A stretch of DNA of 64,000 nucleotides, from positions 64,001 to 128,000 of the forward strand of contig CAVTRY010000014.1 of NCBI GenBank assembly GCA_963737265.1, in the 5' to 3' direction. Positions within the stretch are counted from its first letter, which is position 1. Each line of letters starts with the position of its first letter. The notes below the pieces were generated by a model. The model had not been told where the DNA came from. It saw only the letters and a program-made list of their open reading frames with translations, and did no database searches. The position numbers were made by a program, and so were the translations under genes. Of the stretch, positions 9,684 to 21,293 are shown one piece after another. Source of the DNA: an uncultured delta proteobacterium. Lineage in GTDB: Bacteria; Myxococcota_A; Polyangia; Fen-1088.

Positions 9684-10340
9684 TCAGCGTGCTTGGGCGG
9701 AATCCCTGACTTCCCAGACCACCTCGACCTTGCCTATGGGCGAGGCGATGCGCAGGACCATCCGCCCGGACGGAGGTCCGGCGAAGGATTCGCCACCTTC
9801 CTCCGGCCGAACAAATCGCAGGGTGTAGGTCCGGGAAAACGGCGTGCGGTTGGGAAAGAACGCCGTCTCGTAGACCTCGGGCAATTTCTCGACCTTGATC
9901 GACGAGGGATCGAGCTCCGCGCCGGTACCGTCGAGCAAGGTGATTCGCCAGGGCGAGTTTCGGCGTTCAAGGTCATTCCATCGATCCGCGGTGCTCTGGG
10001 CGACGAGATGGATTTCGTACGCCGCGCGAGCCATTTCCTTCTGCGACTTGGCGACGTCCTCGCGCTCGCCGTCCGACAGGTCGTAGACTTTTGCGAACTT
10101 CGCCACATAGGCTTGCCGGAAATCCCAACTCTTGAACGTGGCCCAGATCTCCATCACCGTACCAATGTCCTGCACCAACTTCGCGTGGCGCGTCCACGCC
10201 TCGTGCACCGTCGCGTAGTCGTCGATGCGATAGTTCTTGGAAGCATCGCTAAAATCGACCTGCTGCGGACGCGACGAAGCGCACCCAGCCGCGGCGCCGA
10301 GCAAGTAGGCCAAGCAAGCCGCGCCGCTCGGCCGCTTCAC
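9684..10340 (-). CDS. Hypothetical lipoprotein
   Basis: GTG start overlaps the pyrE stop; signal peptide ending in AAGC lipobox. Confidence 0.75.
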   Translation of the reverse strand: MKRPSGAACLAYLLGAAAGCASSRPQQVDFSDASKNYRIDDYATVHEAWTRHAKLVQDIGTVMEIWATFKSWDFRQAYVAKFAKVYDLSDGEREDVAKSQKEMARAAYEIHLVAQSTADRWNDLERRNSPWRITLLDGTGAELDPSSIKVEKLPEVYETAFFPNRTPFSRTYTLRFVRPEEGGESFAGPPSGRMVLRIASPIGKVEVVWEVRDSAQAR

Positions 10341-10903
10341 GTGAACTCGCGCCTCCGGAACAAGGTCACGAGCGGCGCCTCCTTTTCCAGCGCCTCGCGC
10401 CCGCCCTCTTCGCGATCGACCAGCCCGACGATCAAGCTGACCTTGAGGCCGAATTCGCGGGCGCGCGCGATCGCCTTGAGCGCCGATCCGCCCGTGGTCA
10501 CGACATCCTCCAGAATGGCGACCGGCATGCCCGGGCGGAGCAACTTGCGTCCCTCGATCCATTGCCCGGTGCCGTGCCCCTTGGCTTCCTTGCGCACGTA
10601 GAAAGCGTCGAGAGGCTTGTGACCGAGATAGCTGACGGTCGACACCGCCGAGGCCAGCGGATCGGCGCCCATGGTCAGTCCACCCACGGCCTCCACCTCG
10701 GGCGCTCGCCCGGCGATGACGTGGCCGAAAAGCCAGCCCACCAAGAAATGCCCTTCCGCGCTCAGCACCGCCTGTTTGCAGTCGATGTAGAAGTTGCTCT
10801 TCTGTCCGGACGCGAGCACCACCTCGCGCTCTTCGTAGGCCAGGCGCTTGAGGAGCTCGAGGAGCCTGGCCCGGTGACGCTCGAAAAGGTCGTTGCCACT
10901 CAT
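10337..10903 (-). CDS. pyrE: Orotate phosphoribosyltransferase
   Basis: LASGQKSNFYIDCK, VRKEAKGHG and the PRPP loop ILEDVVTTGGS. Confidence 0.95.
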   Translation of the reverse strand: MSGNDLFERHRARLLELLKRLAYEEREVVLASGQKSNFYIDCKQAVLSAEGHFLVGWLFGHVIAGRAPEVEAVGGLTMGADPLASAVSTVSYLGHKPLDAFYVRKEAKGHGTGQWIEGRKLLRPGMPVAILEDVVTTGGSALKAIARAREFGLKVSLIVGLVDREEGGREALEKEAPLVTLFRRREFT

Positions 10904-11107
10904 GCGGCCGTTTTTACCATGCCGCCGGCCTGAAGACGTGTCCATCAATCGCTCCCGTCGCCAGCCCGGCTGCGCAGCGCGCCCGCTTCGTTTCTCCCCG
11001 CTTACATAGCCCGCGCTATGCGCGCTCGTCGCGCCTCGCGGGCGGGCTGCTCGCGCGGGCAGGCACGGTCCGCGATTGATGGACACGTATTGAGTGGCGT
11101 ATGACAG

Positions 11108-11873
11108 CTACAGCTTGAGCCCTTCGAGCGGGTCGTTGGAGACGGGCCTCTTGCCCTTGATGAGATCGGGCGCAGGAGCGGGCGCGGACTCTTTCTTGTC
11201 CTTTTCCCTCGACGATGCGGATCGCGTCGGGGTGCTGCTCGGCGCATGGCTTCTGGCGCGAACGGCGTCATCGAGCTGCCTCTGAATCGAGGCACGTTCG
11301 GAGTCGCTCTTGGCCGCGGCAAGCTGCCTCTTGAAGGAAGCTTCGAGCTGCTCGAATCGCTTCTCCTCCTCGGCCAGCCGCAGCCTCGCGGCCTCGCTTT
11401 CCCGCGCACTCTTCTCCTCTTGTGCCGCAAGCTGCTTTTGGTGATCGGCCTTGATCTTGAAAATCACGCCGCCCGCGATCACGAGAACGAGCGCCACGAT
11501 GCCGATGATGGCTCCCACGGGCGTGCTCTTGCCTTTGGCCGCGCTCCTGGCCTGCACCTCAAGGCGCATGCGCTCTTGCTGCAGCTTCACCTCGCCGTCG
11601 ACGCGGGCTCGGCGCTCGGCTTCTTCGAGCCGCAGCCGCTCCTCGCGCTCGCGCGCCAGCTTTTCCTCTTCGGCGCGCCGTAGCCGCGCCTCTTCTTCGC
11701 GTTTGGCACGCTCCGTCTCTTCCTTGGCCTTGCGCTCGAACATCTTCCTTGGCGCGGCGCTCGGCATCGGCGCGAGCTTCGGCTTCGGCGCGCTCCTTCT
11801 TGACCCTGTCCTCCTCCTGCTTGCGCAGTTCCTTGAGAGACTTGAGGACCGAATTGTCGCGTGAATCCAACAT
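11108..11873 (-). CDS. Coiled-coil membrane protein, one frameshift near 11740
   Basis: MLDSRDNSVLKSLKELRKQEEDR joins an E/R/K-rich coiled coil, TM helix and NDPLEGLKL tail if one extra base is removed. Confidence 0.7.
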
Positions 11874-12085
11874 AGAACTCCTTATGACCGAATCACGTCC
11901 GGATGGGCGGCAGGCATTCTCATATCTAACACAGAATTATGGGCAAGCGAACGCATGAGCTGCGCAACCGATTCATCTTACCTGACATATATCTCTCGAC
12001 ATGCGCGCCACAATCTTTACGACTTATGATCGGACCAATGCTATGCGCGGGCCGGATGCGAAATTCCCCCAGCGGAGAAAGCAAC

Positions 12086-12607
12086 CTAGCCGGCGCCGAT
12101 CGCGGCCTGAAAACGCCGGGCGACGGTTGCCGCGAGGTCGTCGACGCCGCGACCGTCGGTGTCGACGCGCGCGTGCGCGAGACGCTCGTAAAGGGGCGTG
12201 CGACGCTTCAACACTTCTTCCACCTCCTCGGTGAAGCTTTTGGTGCCCGTCAGCGACGGACGAGAAGCGTCCCCGCCGATCCGCCCGACGATGGTGGCCG
12301 GCGTGGCCCGCAGCCAAAACACCTTGCCCCCTGCGCGCAGCAGCGCGATATTCGCCTCGCGCTCGACCACGCCGCCGCCGCAGTCGAGGATCAGACCATC
12401 CATGGAGCAGAGCTCGCGGCAGAGTTTTTCTTCGAGGTCGCGAAAGTGATTCCAGCCGTGCGCGGCGACGATGTCGGGGATGGGCACGCCGGCCAAACGC
12501 ACGATTTCCTCGTCGAGACTAACCACGCGTCGGTCGAGCAAAGGCGCCAACCTGCGCGCCACCGCGCTCTTGCCCGTGCCGCGATAGCCGACCAGGATCA
12601 GATTCAT
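12086..12607 (-). CDS. aroK: Shikimate kinase
   Basis: GYRGTGKS P-loop, FRDLE, DCGGG, RPSL. Confidence 0.95.
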   Translation of the reverse strand: MNLILVGYRGTGKSAVARRLAPLLDRRVVSLDEEIVRLAGVPIPDIVAAHGWNHFRDLEEKLCRELCSMDGLILDCGGGVVEREANIALLRAGGKVFWLRATPATIVGRIGGDASRPSLTGTKSFTEEVEEVLKRRTPLYERLAHARVDTDGRGVDDLAATVARRFQAAIGAG

Positions 12608-13462
12608 AGCCGTGCCTCGATCACCTGCCTCATGGCCTGCGCCGGCGCCGGCCTACCCGTCCAAAGCTCGAACTGCACCATGGCCTGGCCAAGGAACATC
12701 TCCATTCCCTCCACCACGCGGCATCCCGCGGCGGCCGCTTGCCGGAGCAACAGCGTCCGGCGGGGATTGTAGACCGCATCGAAAACCGCCAGGTCCGGTC
12801 TGAGCAAGCTGCTCGGTACCACACTGCGCTCGGCTTCGGGCGTCATCCCAACCGGCGTACAATGCAACAGTACGTCGGCCCGACCAACCGCCTCCGCCAG
12901 AGTCGCATCGGTCAGGACTTGGGCTTTGGCGTTCTTCCCTGTCTTGTCCGCGACATCGCGGCCCAGCCGGACAAGCTCGTCCTCGACGACGCCGAGCAGG
13001 GCCAATTCCGCCGGCTGTCCGCGCAAGGCAACGGTCATGGTCACCGCGCGGGCCGCCCCTCCCGAGCCAAGCACCAGCACCCGGCGGCCGGCCACTTCGA
13101 TCCCCGCGCGCCCAAGCGCGTCCAGGGCGCCCTGTCCGTCGGAGTTGTAGCCCATCAGGCGACCGTCTTCGTTGACGACCGTGTTGATGCAGCCAATGGC
13201 ACGTGCCATGGGATCCACGCCGTCGACGAGAGCCATGGCCGCCACCTTGTGCGGCATCGTGATGGACAGGCCACGGTAGCCAAACGCGCGTGCGCCAGCA
13301 ACGGCGGACGCAGAGATCGGCCGCCGCGACGTCGTGGGCTACGTAGACGTAAGGCAAGTCCAGCTCTTCAAACGCGGTGTTGTGAATCATCGGCCCCATC
13401 GAATGACGGGCCGGGAAACCGAGCAGGGCGCAGATCCGGAAGTTGGCGTCGATTCTGGTCAT
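12604..13462 (-). CDS. aroE: Shikimate dehydrogenase, frameshift near 13312
   Basis: GFPARHSMGPMIHN in one frame; TMPHK, IGCINT, GYNSDG, GSGGAA, DAVYNP, GMEMFLGQA in the next. Confidence 0.92.
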
Positions 13463-13507
13463 AGTATTGCGTCAGCGGCGAAATTTCCGCTGGTGCTTTT
13501 TACCACT

Positions 13508-14290
13508 TCAATTGTTCACGACGACGTTGTTCTGCACTGAATTGTTGTCGTCGCACGCGTTCTTGCCTGAATTGCACAGCACCTGCGAGATGCCGCCCGC
13601 TCCTTGGGTGGCGCCGTTGCCGCCGCCGCCGCCCATGGTCATCTCCAACACCACGTTGGTCTGGCCGTCAACCGCCGTGCCCTCGGAGCGGATGACCACG
13701 ACTTGGTTCACGTCGACGATGAACTCGCCCATCCGGCATTCCGCGGTGTCGTTGCGGATGTAGACCGTGTACGCGCCCATGAGCGGGTTCTGCAGGCCGG
13801 AAGGGTTGCCCGGGACCGCTTCGGCGTGCGCGACACTGGTGGGATAATTCACCCGCACAAGGGGCACGCCCGCGGTGTCGGTCAAGATCGCGCCTCTTCC
13901 GATGGGCAGACCATGCACGGGATCCACGGCGGTGGGAATCTCGTCGGCCGGGTTCGCCGCGTGGCCGGCGCCGCCGAGCGCCGCGGTCAGATCCGGCGCG
14001 ATGGGACCATTGAGAATGTCGCGCGCGCGCTCCAGCCCAGCCTCGGCAACGTAAAGCGCCTGGTTGCGCAAGTTGGTGTTGGTCAGCATCTGCACGCTGG
14101 ATCTGGCCAGGAACAACCCCGACATGCCGAGCCCGAGCAGCGCGATCATGACCAGCATGACTGCGACCAGCACGGCGCCCCGCTCGCCTTCCGGCCGGTC
14201 GGCGGGTCGTTGGCCGGAAGACAAGGCTCGGCGCAAGCTCGCGAGGAAGCCGCAACCGCGAGCACGACCCATGCAGGAAACTGGACGCAC
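13508..14290 (-). CDS. PilX-like N-terminal domain protein (minor pilin/pseudopilin)
   Basis: ERGAVLVAVMLVMIALLGLG...QALYVAEAGLERA, the PilX_N pattern. Confidence 0.75.
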   Translation of the reverse strand: MRPVSCMGRARGCGFLASLRRALSSGQRPADRPEGERGAVLVAVMLVMIALLGLGMSGLFLARSSVQMLTNTNLRNQALYVAEAGLERARDILNGPIAPDLTAALGGAGHAANPADEIPTAVDPVHGLPIGRGAILTDTAGVPLVRVNYPTSVAHAEAVPGNPSGLQNPLMGAYTVYIRNDTAECRMGEFIVDVNQVVVIRSEGTAVDGQTNVVLEMTMGGGGGNGATQGAGGISQVLCNSGKNACDDNNSVQNNVVVNN

Positions 14291-14341
14291 GATATCCGCT
14301 CTATCGGCGGATTCGGCTTGCGTCTGAAGGATTGCCTAGAC

Positions 14342-15394
14342 CTAGAAGGTCCGCCCGCACATGAGCCCAGCCGGGAACACCGAGCACGCGATGGAGCCAC
14401 GATTGGCCGGCGCGTTGGACGTCAGGTTCCAGCTAACGATCCCAACCACGGCCATGGTCACCGCGGCCGCGCCCGCCGCCAGCGTCGCCCCGAGCGCGAG
14501 GTTGCGCTGGGATTGGATAGTGTTCTTGTTATCGCAGGGGTTGTAGCCGAGAGGCGGCTCGCCGGTACACTTGCTGTATTCGTTGCTCCGATCGAGCCAC
14601 CACGCCCCGGCGCCCAAGGCAGCGAGCGCGGTCCCACCCGCCGCCAGCAGCCAGACCGAACCGGGATGCCAGCCTGCAGGTGGTGGGCCGACGGTCTTGG
14701 CGCCGATTCGCATTGCTTCGGCAGAGCCCTCCGCCGGCGCCGTCTTCGCGCCCTGGACCTGGTCCGGTTGCTTTCGTTCCAGGGTCATCGCCAAGTCCTT
14801 GCGTTCCCCGCCGCGCGCGTTCACGGAAAAGGTTCGCAGCACGAAACCCGACTTGCGAACCTCCAAGTTGTGCGAACCGAATCCCAACAGCAATGTTCCG
14901 TCTGCTTCGTATTCCGGTGCGCGTCCGTCGATGAGCACCTGGGCATCGGCGGGCGAAATCTTCAAGGTGTAGACCGACACGAACATTCGACTGCGTTCCA
15001 GCAAGCCCTGGGCATGGGCGCGCTGCTCCGGATTGAGCGGCTTACGCACGTCGACGAGCGATGCCGACAGCGCGCGCACCGCCGCGACGTAATCGCGCAG
15101 CTCGAACGAGGCCATACCGATACTGCGCAGAGTTCTCGCATTGGGATTGAGATCGTGGGCACGCCGAAACAGGATCCTCGCCTCCTCGAAGTGATGGGCG
15201 TCGTACTCGGCCAGCGCGTCCCTGAGCGTGTCGTGGTACCTCGGATCTTCCTTACCGTCGGGCTTTGCATCGGCAGCCCAGGCGCTGCGGGCCGCGCTGC
15301 CGCCACAGGCGATCGCCACCGCAAAACAAACGTAGATGCCCCGCCCGCGCGTTTTTCTTGTCGCAGGGAGCAGCCTGTCTATGCCACGAACCAT
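14342..15394 (-). CDS. TPR + PEGA domain membrane protein
   Basis: Signal peptide, TPR (FEEARILFRRAH...PNARTLRSIG), PEGA (ISPADAQVLIDG...GSHNLEVRKSGF) and C-terminal TM helices. Confidence 0.8.
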   Translation of the reverse strand: MVRGIDRLLPATRKTRGRGIYVCFAVAIACGGSAARSAWAADAKPDGKEDPRYHDTLRDALAEYDAHHFEEARILFRRAHDLNPNARTLRSIGMASFELRDYVAAVRALSASLVDVRKPLNPEQRAHAQGLLERSRMFVSVYTLKISPADAQVLIDGRAPEYEADGTLLLGFGSHNLEVRKSGFVLRTFSVNARGGERKDLAMTLERKQPDQVQGAKTAPAEGSAEAMRIGAKTVGPPPAGWHPGSVWLLAAGGTALAALGAGAWWLDRSNEYSKCTGEPPLGYNPCDNKNTIQSQRNLALGATLAAGAAAVTMAVVGIVSWNLTSNAPANRGSIACSVFPAGLMCGRTF

Positions 15395-15579
15395 TGGGTT
15401 ATCTTAGCGCATCCATTCGCCCGCAGAAGATCGAATGACTGAGACTGGGTGCGAAGGGATCTGACGACGGAGATCCGCGGATGGGAAGGTCAAGCGAAAT
15501 CGCGCTGCAAATCCTGCCTCGCGGGCCTGGCACGATTCGATGAAATAGGGCATACGATTATCTTGCATCAACTTCGGGA

Positions 15580-15984
15580 GTGGCCATGAACCCAGGAGAG
15601 CGACTGCCGCGCGTCGTGATCGCCGAGGATGACGACGACATGCGGAACGTGTTGTGCGAGCTAGTTTCCGGTTTGGGCGTGGAAGTTGCCGCGGCCTCGA
15701 GCGGCGGCGACCTCGTGCTTCTGCTGACCGATGATCGTCCGGTCGATCTACTTATCACCGATGTGCGCATGCCATGGATGACGGGATTTCAGGTCGCGCT
15801 GTCCGCGCGTAATTCTGGGCTGCGCATTCCCATCATCATCGTGACCGGTTTTCCCGACGACACGTTGCGGGCTCAGGTGGAAAACATGGGCTCCGCGGTG
15901 CTGCTCGCCAAGCCGTTCCGGCCCGAGGAACTGCTGTCGCTGGTGCGTGGACGGCTCTTCGCGTCCCCGGCCGCCAGCGCGTAA
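15580..15984 (+). CDS. Single-domain response regulator
   Basis: VIAEDD, TDVRMP, VTGF, KPF. Confidence 0.92.
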   Translation: MAMNPGERLPRVVIAEDDDDMRNVLCELVSGLGVEVAAASSGGDLVLLLTDDRPVDLLITDVRMPWMTGFQVALSARNSGLRIPIIIVTGFPDDTLRAQVENMGSAVLLAKPFRPEELLSLVRGRLFASPAASA

Positions 15985-15993
15985 CGGGCGCGT

Positions 15994-17427
15994 ATGAAAC
16001 TGGCGCGCAAGCTGATCCTCTCCATGGTCATCAGCGTGACCGTGGTGCTTGCGGCGAACGCGTACTACCGCGTGCGCCGTGAGCTCGATGCCTTTGACAG
16101 GGATATGGAACAGGATCATGCGGTCCTGGCCCAAGTGCTCGGGCATGCCGTCAGCGCGGTCTGGGTTGCCAAGGGGCGCGACGCGGGTTTACAACTGGTG
16201 GCCCAAGTGAAGGCGCCGTCGGAGATGCTCCACGTGCGCTGGGTCGATGCCGAGACCCTCAAGAGTCGGGTGAGGGCGAATGACCTGCTCTTCACCGACG
16301 TGCCCATCTCGGTGGGCGGCGCTCTCATGGGTTTCGTCGAAATCTCCGAATCGCGCAACTTCGAGCACGCCTACACACGCAACACGCTCATTCACAGCAT
16401 CGTGCTGACACTCATCGCAGCGGCCAGCGCGGGTATCTTGTCCACGGTGCTCGGCGTGTGGTTCGTCGGCAAACCCATCGAACAACTGGTCGACAAGGCC
16501 CGGCGCATCGGCGCGGGCGACGTGGGCAGCCCGCTCGTCATTCGCCAGCGCGACGAGATCGGCGAGCTGGCCGCGGAGATGAATGCCATGTGTCTGCGGC
16601 TGGCCGAGACCCGCTACGCCTTGACCGCCGAGACCGAGGAGCGCCTGCGCGCGGTGGAGCAGTTGCGCCACGCCGATCGTTTGGCCACCGTGGGCAAGCT
16701 CGCCTCGGGCATAGCCCACGAGCTCGGTACGCCGCTGGGTGTGGCGCTCATGCGCGCCAACATGATTGCTTCGAACGAGAGCGTGGTCCGAGACGTACGC
16801 GACGCCGCCCGCATCGTCGGAGAACAGATCGACCGAATCACCGGGATCGTTCGTCAGCTGCTGGATTTCGCTCGTGGCCGAGGAACGGCGGCGCCCGGCC
16901 CGCAACAGCGGCGCGGTCCCACCAACCTACTCGCCATCGCCCAGCGCTCGGCGGGAATGTTGCAGCCCTTGGCCGTCAAACGCCTGCTGGCCATCGAGAT
17001 CGTCCACCCAGAGAATCCGCCCGAACCGCCGGCCAACGCAGAGCAGATCCAGCAGGTTCTGGTCAACCTGCTGGTGAACGCCATTCACGCCTCGGAGCGG
17101 CCCGGCAAGGTGACTGTTTCTATCGGCGTCGCCGAAACGCGTCCTCCTGCCGACGTGACGCCACCCATGTTCTCCGAATCCGCGCAGCCACAGTATGCGT
17201 ATATTTCGGTCAAGGATGAAGGCATCGGCATCGCCCCCGAAGTGCTGCCGCGGATTTTTGAACCCTTCTTCACCACGAAGCACGTCGGCGAAGGAACCGG
17301 TCTTGGCTTGTCTGTTGCCTACGGAATCGTGCGCGAACACGGCGGCTGGATCGAGGTGGCCAGCGAGCGCAACAAGGGCAGTTGCTTTTCGGTCTACCTA
17401 CCCCTCGATTTCGCCGTGCTGGTCTGA
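15994..17427 (+). CDS. HAMP-domain sensor histidine kinase (NtrB-like)
   Basis: Two TM helices, HAMP, H-box AHELGTPL, NLLVNA, DEGIGI, FEPFFTTK, GTGLGL. Confidence 0.95.
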   Translation: MKLARKLILSMVISVTVVLAANAYYRVRRELDAFDRDMEQDHAVLAQVLGHAVSAVWVAKGRDAGLQLVAQVKAPSEMLHVRWVDAETLKSRVRANDLLFTDVPISVGGALMGFVEISESRNFEHAYTRNTLIHSIVLTLIAAASAGILSTVLGVWFVGKPIEQLVDKARRIGAGDVGSPLVIRQRDEIGELAAEMNAMCLRLAETRYALTAETEERLRAVEQLRHADRLATVGKLASGIAHELGTPLGVALMRANMIASNESVVRDVRDAARIVGEQIDRITGIVRQLLDFARGRGTAAPGPQQRRGPTNLLAIAQRSAGMLQPLAVKRLLAIEIVHPENPPEPPANAEQIQQVLVNLLVNAIHASERPGKVTVSIGVAETRPPADVTPPMFSESAQPQYAYISVKDEGIGIAPEVLPRIFEPFFTTKHVGEGTGLGLSVAYGIVREHGGWIEVASERNKGSCFSVYLPLDFAVLV

Positions 17428-17444
17428 TTCTGCTATGGACGCGA

Positions 17445-19088
17445 CTAGAAGTCGTCCGGCGAGAGTCTCCCGGCCCGAGGGGCAGGAGACGGCTCCGCGG
17501 AGCTTGGGGGTGACGATCCATGACCTCGGTGCTCATCCGCCTGTGGGCGGGCCGCGCGCAAGGGTCGCGCTCGGTTCCGGTCAGACGGGCCCGCCGATAC
17601 CGGTTTTCCCATCGCGCTTGTCGCTGACGCCGATGGGGGTGTCGGCGACACGGTCTGCTTGCCGGGCCCATCGCTCGGGGCCGCACCAGGTCCGCCCGGG
17701 ATTGCCACCGCTGGAGTCTCTGGAACTGTTTCGTTTGCCTTGAGTGGCGCGACGACCGGCACGCGCGCGACCACCGCCTGGGAAGCGGTGGCGCTTGGCG
17801 CTGGCGCCTTTGCCGAGCGGTGCAAGCCAGCTGGATGGGGAATCGCCAACCAAAGAATCAGGATGAGAACGGCAGCGAATATCGCGCTGATGATGCCTCG
17901 CCTCGCCAAGAAACGCCGGCTGGAAGCGATGAGCGTAACCCGGGCGGTGCGAGGTACGGCAGACTCTCCGGTCCGATTGAGCGCCACCACCCGACGCGAC
18001 GTTTCGCCATCCCTGATTTCAGCTAAACGAGGCAGGGTGTAGAGCGCCATCGTCTCATTGGCTTCATGCGGAGCCGAGGGCTCCGTTTTGGACGGTACTT
18101 GCACGATCGAGTCAGCCACACCCGATAGCGGCTCGCGCAGTGAAAACAGGGGTACCCCGGCGAGCGGAGTCATCGTGCGCGGTAGTGAAGACTTGGGCAG
18201 CAGATGGTCTTCAACCGCGCCGATGAAGTGGTCGAGACTCGGGAACCGATCGCTCGCCTCCTTGGCCATGGCTCGCTCGATGATTTGGACGACCGCGAAG
18301 GGCAGGTCGGGGCGGAGATGGCTAAGCTTGGGCGGCGGCTCGCTGAGGATGCGCATGAGGAGCGCCGGGCCGGGCTCGCCAGGAAATGGAATCTGGCCAG
18401 TCAAGGCTTCGAAAAACAAGACGCCAAAGCCGTAAACATCAGCACGTGCGTCGATGTTGGGCGCGCCCGCAATGTGCTCGGGCGACATATAGGCGGGCGT
18501 GCCGAGGGTGGATAGCTGCACGGTGGCCGCCGAATGATCGATGGCCCTCTCCATCATCAGCGAGATGCCAAAATCGAGCACCTTGGTCGTCACCAGACGC
18601 CCATCGGGACCAACGCAGAGGAAGATGTTCTGTGGCTTGAGGTCGCGATGGACCACACCCTGAGCGTTGGCTGCCGAAACGCCGCGCATCGCCGGCAATA
18701 GCAACGCCGCCGCCTCTTCGATGCTGAGGGTTCCTTTTTTGGCCAGATAGTTGCCGAAGGGCTCCCCTTCCAGCAATTCCATCACGATGCAAGTCATGCC
18801 CTCGTGGTCGATCACGTCGAAGACATTGACGACGTTCGGATGATTTACCCGGCTGGCCACCAAGGCCTCGCGACGAAACAGCTCGGCCGCTTCCCCGCTG
18901 GATGCAAACGAACGCAGAATGACCTTGAGCGCGACCCGTTTGCCAGTCCGTTCGTTGACGCCGGCCCACACCGCCGCCATCCCGCCCTTCCCCAAGAGCT
19001 TATCGATACGGTACTTCTCGGCGACGATCTGGCCCGGGCGCAGAATCGTTTCGAGAGTTCCTTGTATCTCCGTTTCGCCTATTATCAC
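17445..19088 (-). CDS. Hanks-type Ser/Thr protein kinase with TM helix and Pro-rich tail
   Basis: LGKGGMA, VALK, HRDLKPQN, DFGIS, GTPAYMSPE, DVYGFG. Confidence 0.95.
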   Translation of the reverse strand: MIIGETEIQGTLETILRPGQIVAEKYRIDKLLGKGGMAAVWAGVNERTGKRVALKVILRSFASSGEAAELFRREALVASRVNHPNVVNVFDVIDHEGMTCIVMELLEGEPFGNYLAKKGTLSIEEAAALLLPAMRGVSAANAQGVVHRDLKPQNIFLCVGPDGRLVTTKVLDFGISLMMERAIDHSAATVQLSTLGTPAYMSPEHIAGAPNIDARADVYGFGVLFFEALTGQIPFPGEPGPALLMRILSEPPPKLSHLRPDLPFAVVQIIERAMAKEASDRFPSLDHFIGAVEDHLLPKSSLPRTMTPLAGVPLFSLREPLSGVADSIVQVPSKTEPSAPHEANETMALYTLPRLAEIRDGETSRRVVALNRTGESAVPRTARVTLIASSRRFLARRGIISAIFAAVLILILWLAIPHPAGLHRSAKAPAPSATASQAVVARVPVVAPLKANETVPETPAVAIPGGPGAAPSDGPGKQTVSPTPPSASATSAMGKPVSAGPSDRNRARPLRAARPQADEHRGHGSSPPSSAEPSPAPRAGRLSPDDF

Positions 19089-19277
19089 GGCGCGCGCCCC
19101 CTAGGATGCCAAGGGGAGCCTGGTGGTTGCGTCGCCCAAGCCCAGCCCAAGGTAGGTTTATGTACGTTGAATTGGTAAGGGGAGGAAAAATACCACGAAT
19201 AGCGCGCTCCGGCCAGCTTCACGGTGAAGTGGTCTTAGGTGAAGTGCCTCACGGTGAACTCGGGCGAAGCAGGATCT

Positions 19278-20351
19278 TCAAATCCGGCGCGCGGGCTGCT
19301 GTTGGGTCAGGCAGTGCAGGGTGCCGAAGCCGAGCACCAGATCGACGGCATGAATCCCGACCACGGGGCGGTCGCGGAATAGCTCGCCGAGAATGCCGAG
19401 CGCCACGCGATCCGCGGGATCGTTGAAGGTCGGCACCAGTACGGCGGCGTTGGCGATGTAGAAATTGGCGTAGCTCGCGGGCAGGCGCCAGTCGCCGCAG
19501 AAAAGCGGCGCCGGCACCGGCAGCTCGACCACGTCGGGGCGCGAGCCATCTTCAAGGCGCGCGTCCTCCAGCCTTTCGCGATTGTCGCGCAACGGACGGT
19601 AGTTCACGTCCCTCGGGTTCTTCTCCTGAATGAGTACCATGGTCTTGCGATTGACGAAGCGGCACAGGTCGTCCACGTGGCCGTGGGTGTCGTCGCCCAC
19701 GATGCCGTGGCCAAGCCAGATGACCTTGCGCGCGCCGAGGTAGTCGCAAAACACGCGGTCATATTGCTCGCGGGTCATGCCGGGATTGCGGCACTGGGTG
19801 TTCTGATCGAGGAAGCATTCTTCCGTCGTGAGCAAGGTGCCGCGGCCGTTGACGTCGATGCCACCGCCCTCGAGAGCAACCATCCCATTTTCGCGAGTCG
19901 CTTTGAACACGCGTAGGCGCAGGCGTTCGGCGATGCTGCCGGCGATGAGGTCGTCCTTGTGCCAGTTGGCGTATTTGGCCCATGCGGTGAACTTGAACTT
20001 GGCGACGGCGACCTCGGGACGCGGGCCGGCTTTGCGCACGCAAATCGGCCCGAAATCGCGCGCCCAGCCGCGATCGCTCGGCGTGCGGAAGAATTCCACG
20101 TTGACCATGTTGGCGTGGGCACGTCCGAGAATTCTGCGCGCCTTGGCTTCCCTGGCCGCCGAATCGATCAGAATGCGAGCTTTTTCGCCTTCCGCGATCT
20201 TGCGCACCATCTCGCCGTAGACCCACTCGATGGCCGCCAATTTGCCCGGCCAATCGGTGCGGCAGTGGGGCCAGCCGAGCCACGTCGCTTCGTGCGGCTC
20301 CCACTCGGCGGGCATGGCGAAACCAAGGTCGGCAGGGGTTCGGGTCTTCAT
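19278..20351 (-). CDS. aguA: Agmatine deiminase
   Basis: MPAEWEPH, WARDFGP, LEGG, DDTHGHVD, SYANFY, GTLHCLTQQQP. Confidence 0.95.
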   Translation of the reverse strand: MKTRTPADLGFAMPAEWEPHEATWLGWPHCRTDWPGKLAAIEWVYGEMVRKIAEGEKARILIDSAAREAKARRILGRAHANMVNVEFFRTPSDRGWARDFGPICVRKAGPRPEVAVAKFKFTAWAKYANWHKDDLIAGSIAERLRLRVFKATRENGMVALEGGGIDVNGRGTLLTTEECFLDQNTQCRNPGMTREQYDRVFCDYLGARKVIWLGHGIVGDDTHGHVDDLCRFVNRKTMVLIQEKNPRDVNYRPLRDNRERLEDARLEDGSRPDVVELPVPAPLFCGDWRLPASYANFYIANAAVLVPTFNDPADRVALGILGELFRDRPVVGIHAVDLVLGFGTLHCLTQQQPARRI

Positions 20352-20352
20352 T

Positions 20353-21246
<894 letters not shown>

Positions 21247-21293
21247 GCGCCCTCTTTACCTCAACGCCGCCGATCTTTCTATGCGGCGAGCGG

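Noticed and set aside
13604-15442. 612 aa plus-strand ORF and similar long antisense ORFs
   Set aside because: Shadow ORFs of GC-rich genes on the opposite strand; Arg/Gly-rich with no motifs.
15528-15545. Sigma-54 promoter upstream of the response regulator
   Set aside because: TGGCACG is present but the -12 GC is missing at the required spacing.
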